The translations under genes were made by a program, and so were the position numbers. A stretch of 63,357 bases of DNA, the filler included, from Octopus bimaculoides (lineage: Eukaryota), in assembly GCF_001194135.2 (NCBI RefSeq). It is 9 parts of 8 records of this genome, joined end to end, with 100 filler letters (N's around TTAATTAATTAA, not from the genome) between each part and the next. Parts side by side here need not be neighbours in the genome. Positions count along the whole stretch, not along the records: positions 58,429 to 63,357 come from NC_069004.1; 8 more parts are not named here. One strand, written 5' to 3'. Of the stretch, positions 61,629-63,357 are shown piece by piece. Each line of letters starts with the position of its first letter. Within the stretch, counting starts at the first letter, position 1. The notes below the pieces were generated by a model. The model had not been told where the DNA came from and did no database searches. It was given only the letters and a program-made list of their open reading frames with translations.

Positions 61629-62177
61629 NNNNNNNNNNNNNNNNNNNNNNNNNNNNNNNNNNNNNNNNNNNNNNNNNNNNNNNNNNNNNNNNNNNNNNNN
61701 NNNNNNNNNNNNNNNNNNNNNNNNNNNNNNNNNNNNNNNNNNNNNNNNNNNNNNNNNNNNNNNNNNNNNNNNNNNNNNNNNNNNNNNNNNNNNNNNNNNN
61801 NNNNNNNNNNNNNNNNNNNNNNNNNNNNNNNNNNNNNNNNNNNNNNNNNNNNNNNNNNNNNNNNNNNNNNNNNNNNNNNNNNNNNNNNNNNNNNNNNNNN
61901 NNNNNNNNNNNNNNNNNNNNNNNNNNNNNNNNNNNNNNNNNNNNNNNNNNNNNNNNNNNNNNNNNNNNNNNNNNNNNNNNNNNNNNNNNNNNNNNNNNNN
62001 NNNNNNNNNNNNNNNNNNNNNNNNNNNNNNNNNNNNNNNNNNNNNNNNNNNACAATATATATATATATATATATGTATGTATATATATACATATATATAT
62101 GTATGTATATATATATTATATACATCAATATCTATTTATCTATCTTTCTATCTATATATACATATATATGTATGTAT

Positions 62178-62217
<40 letters not shown>

Positions 62218-62359
62218 TGTATATATGTACGTACGTAGCACGTATTTATGCAGGTATGTATGTATGTATGCGTTCTGCTTTTTTTTATTTTAAAATTCTT
62301 CCTCTGAGGAAGGAACTGCTTTCTAACCAAGATACGAAGCTCCATCGTTGGAATGTAGA

Positions 62360-62790
62360 CAACGATAACAATGTCACATTTTAAACCTGAGAGCACTCAC
62401 ATAATTTTACTGCTCCGCTTACAGATTGTAATGTGTGAATTAGTTGATTGATTTCTTTTTCTGAAAATCCAAACTTATCCAGGCTGACAGCGAGACATTT
62501 ACTTACAAAACCAAGTTCTCCAATTATTATAGGTATAAATGCAAATTTGTAATCTGGATATAGAAGCTGGTGGTTTCGAAGCAGTTGTCCATAGTTATCT
62601 TTTTTCTTTCATATCAGCAGGTCAGCTGACCTCTATGATGTACATACTTTTCTTGTCTGTCCCAAACAATATCCGGTCTGTCATGTCTATACTTAACACA
62701 TGTTTTGATTGGAATATTCTACCAGTATTCCTTGTGCTGGTATTTGTATACGTATTCTTTATATGAGAACAATCTTTTTTTCCGTAGATC
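62360..62790 (-). mobile_element. RLE-domain fragment of another R4/Dong-like LINE
   Basis: Frameshifted NIPIKTCVKYRHDRPDIV..DRQEK...NYGQLLRN.QLLYPDYKFAFIPIIIGELG peptide (PD..D nuclease region). Confidence 0.65.
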
Positions 62791-62997
62791 TCCTTCACCT
62801 AGGTAGATTACCAACCAAGGTTAAAGAGCTTCTATCTGCCCATGAGGTTGGTTATTCCGTGCGAGACACCAAACTGACACCCAAACGCTCCATAGGGTGA
62901 TTAAATATCATTCCGCTGTCCGACGTGGAGCACCTCATACATGCATACATAAAAAATGTAATTAAAAAAAATAATTAAAAACGTGAAAGATATATGA

Positions 62998-63357
62998 GCA
63001 GGAGTGGCTGTGTGGTAAGTAGCTTGCTTACCAGCCACATGGTTCCGGGTTCAGTCTCACTGCAGGGCACCTTGAGCAATTGTCGTCTACTATAGCCTCA
63101 GGCCGACCAAAGCCTAGTGAGGGGATTTGGTAGACGGAAACTGAAAGAAGTCTGTCATATAAATATATATATAGGCGCAGGAGTGGGCGTGTGGGAAATA
63201 GCTTGCTCACCGACCACATGGTCCGGGTTCAGTCCCACTGCGTGGCACCTTGGGTATGTGTCTTCTACTATAGCCTCGGGCCGACCAAAGCCTTGTAAGT
63301 GGATTTGGTAGACGGAAATTGGAAGAAGCCCGTCGTATATGTATGTATATATACATA
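62998..63357 (+). mobile_element. Two tandem SINE family A heads
   Basis: GCAGGAGTGGCTGTGTGGTAAG...GAAACTGAAAGAAG at about 62998-63155, repeated at about 63176-63336, each followed by (TA)n. Confidence 0.85.

Noticed and set aside
3370-62396. Most ORFs in the supplied track (poly-X, YIYI, THTH, CVCV, LSLS, poly-M/S/H)
   Set aside because: They are translations of N gaps and microsatellites, not genes.

Overview
AT-rich, microsatellite-dense eukaryotic genomic DNA. The SINE families present suggest an octopus or other coleoid cephalopod (inference). The window is a mosaic of 9 pieces joined by 8 synthetic 100-bp linkers (44 N + TTAATTAATTAA + 44 N), plus many ordinary N gaps, so adjacency across linkers is not proven. 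The only confidently identifiable host coding sequence is one internal exon of GPN-loop GTPase 1 (GPN1, 22061-22207, +). There are a few unassigned candidate exons and a candidate TATA/Inr promoter. The rest is transposon debris: tRNA-derived SINEs, RTE, CR1/L2-like and R4/Dong-like LINEs, a Penelope-like GIY-YIG relic, piggyBac and piggyBac-type MITEs, a Tc1/mariner-type MITE, Helitron/Helentron-type elements and a solo LTR. The most notable signal is a set of minimal type I hammerhead-ribozyme motifs in unrelated repeats. One lies in a tRNA-headed SINE-like element (12159-12204), two face opposite directions about 100 bp apart (58870-59046), and two carry a CCGA instead of CUGA core. A retrozyme/Penelope-like ~344-nt tandem insert with a 12-bp target duplication sits inside an RTE LINE. 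No rRNA, bona fide tRNA or CRISPR array was seen. Family names come from motif recognition, not database searches.
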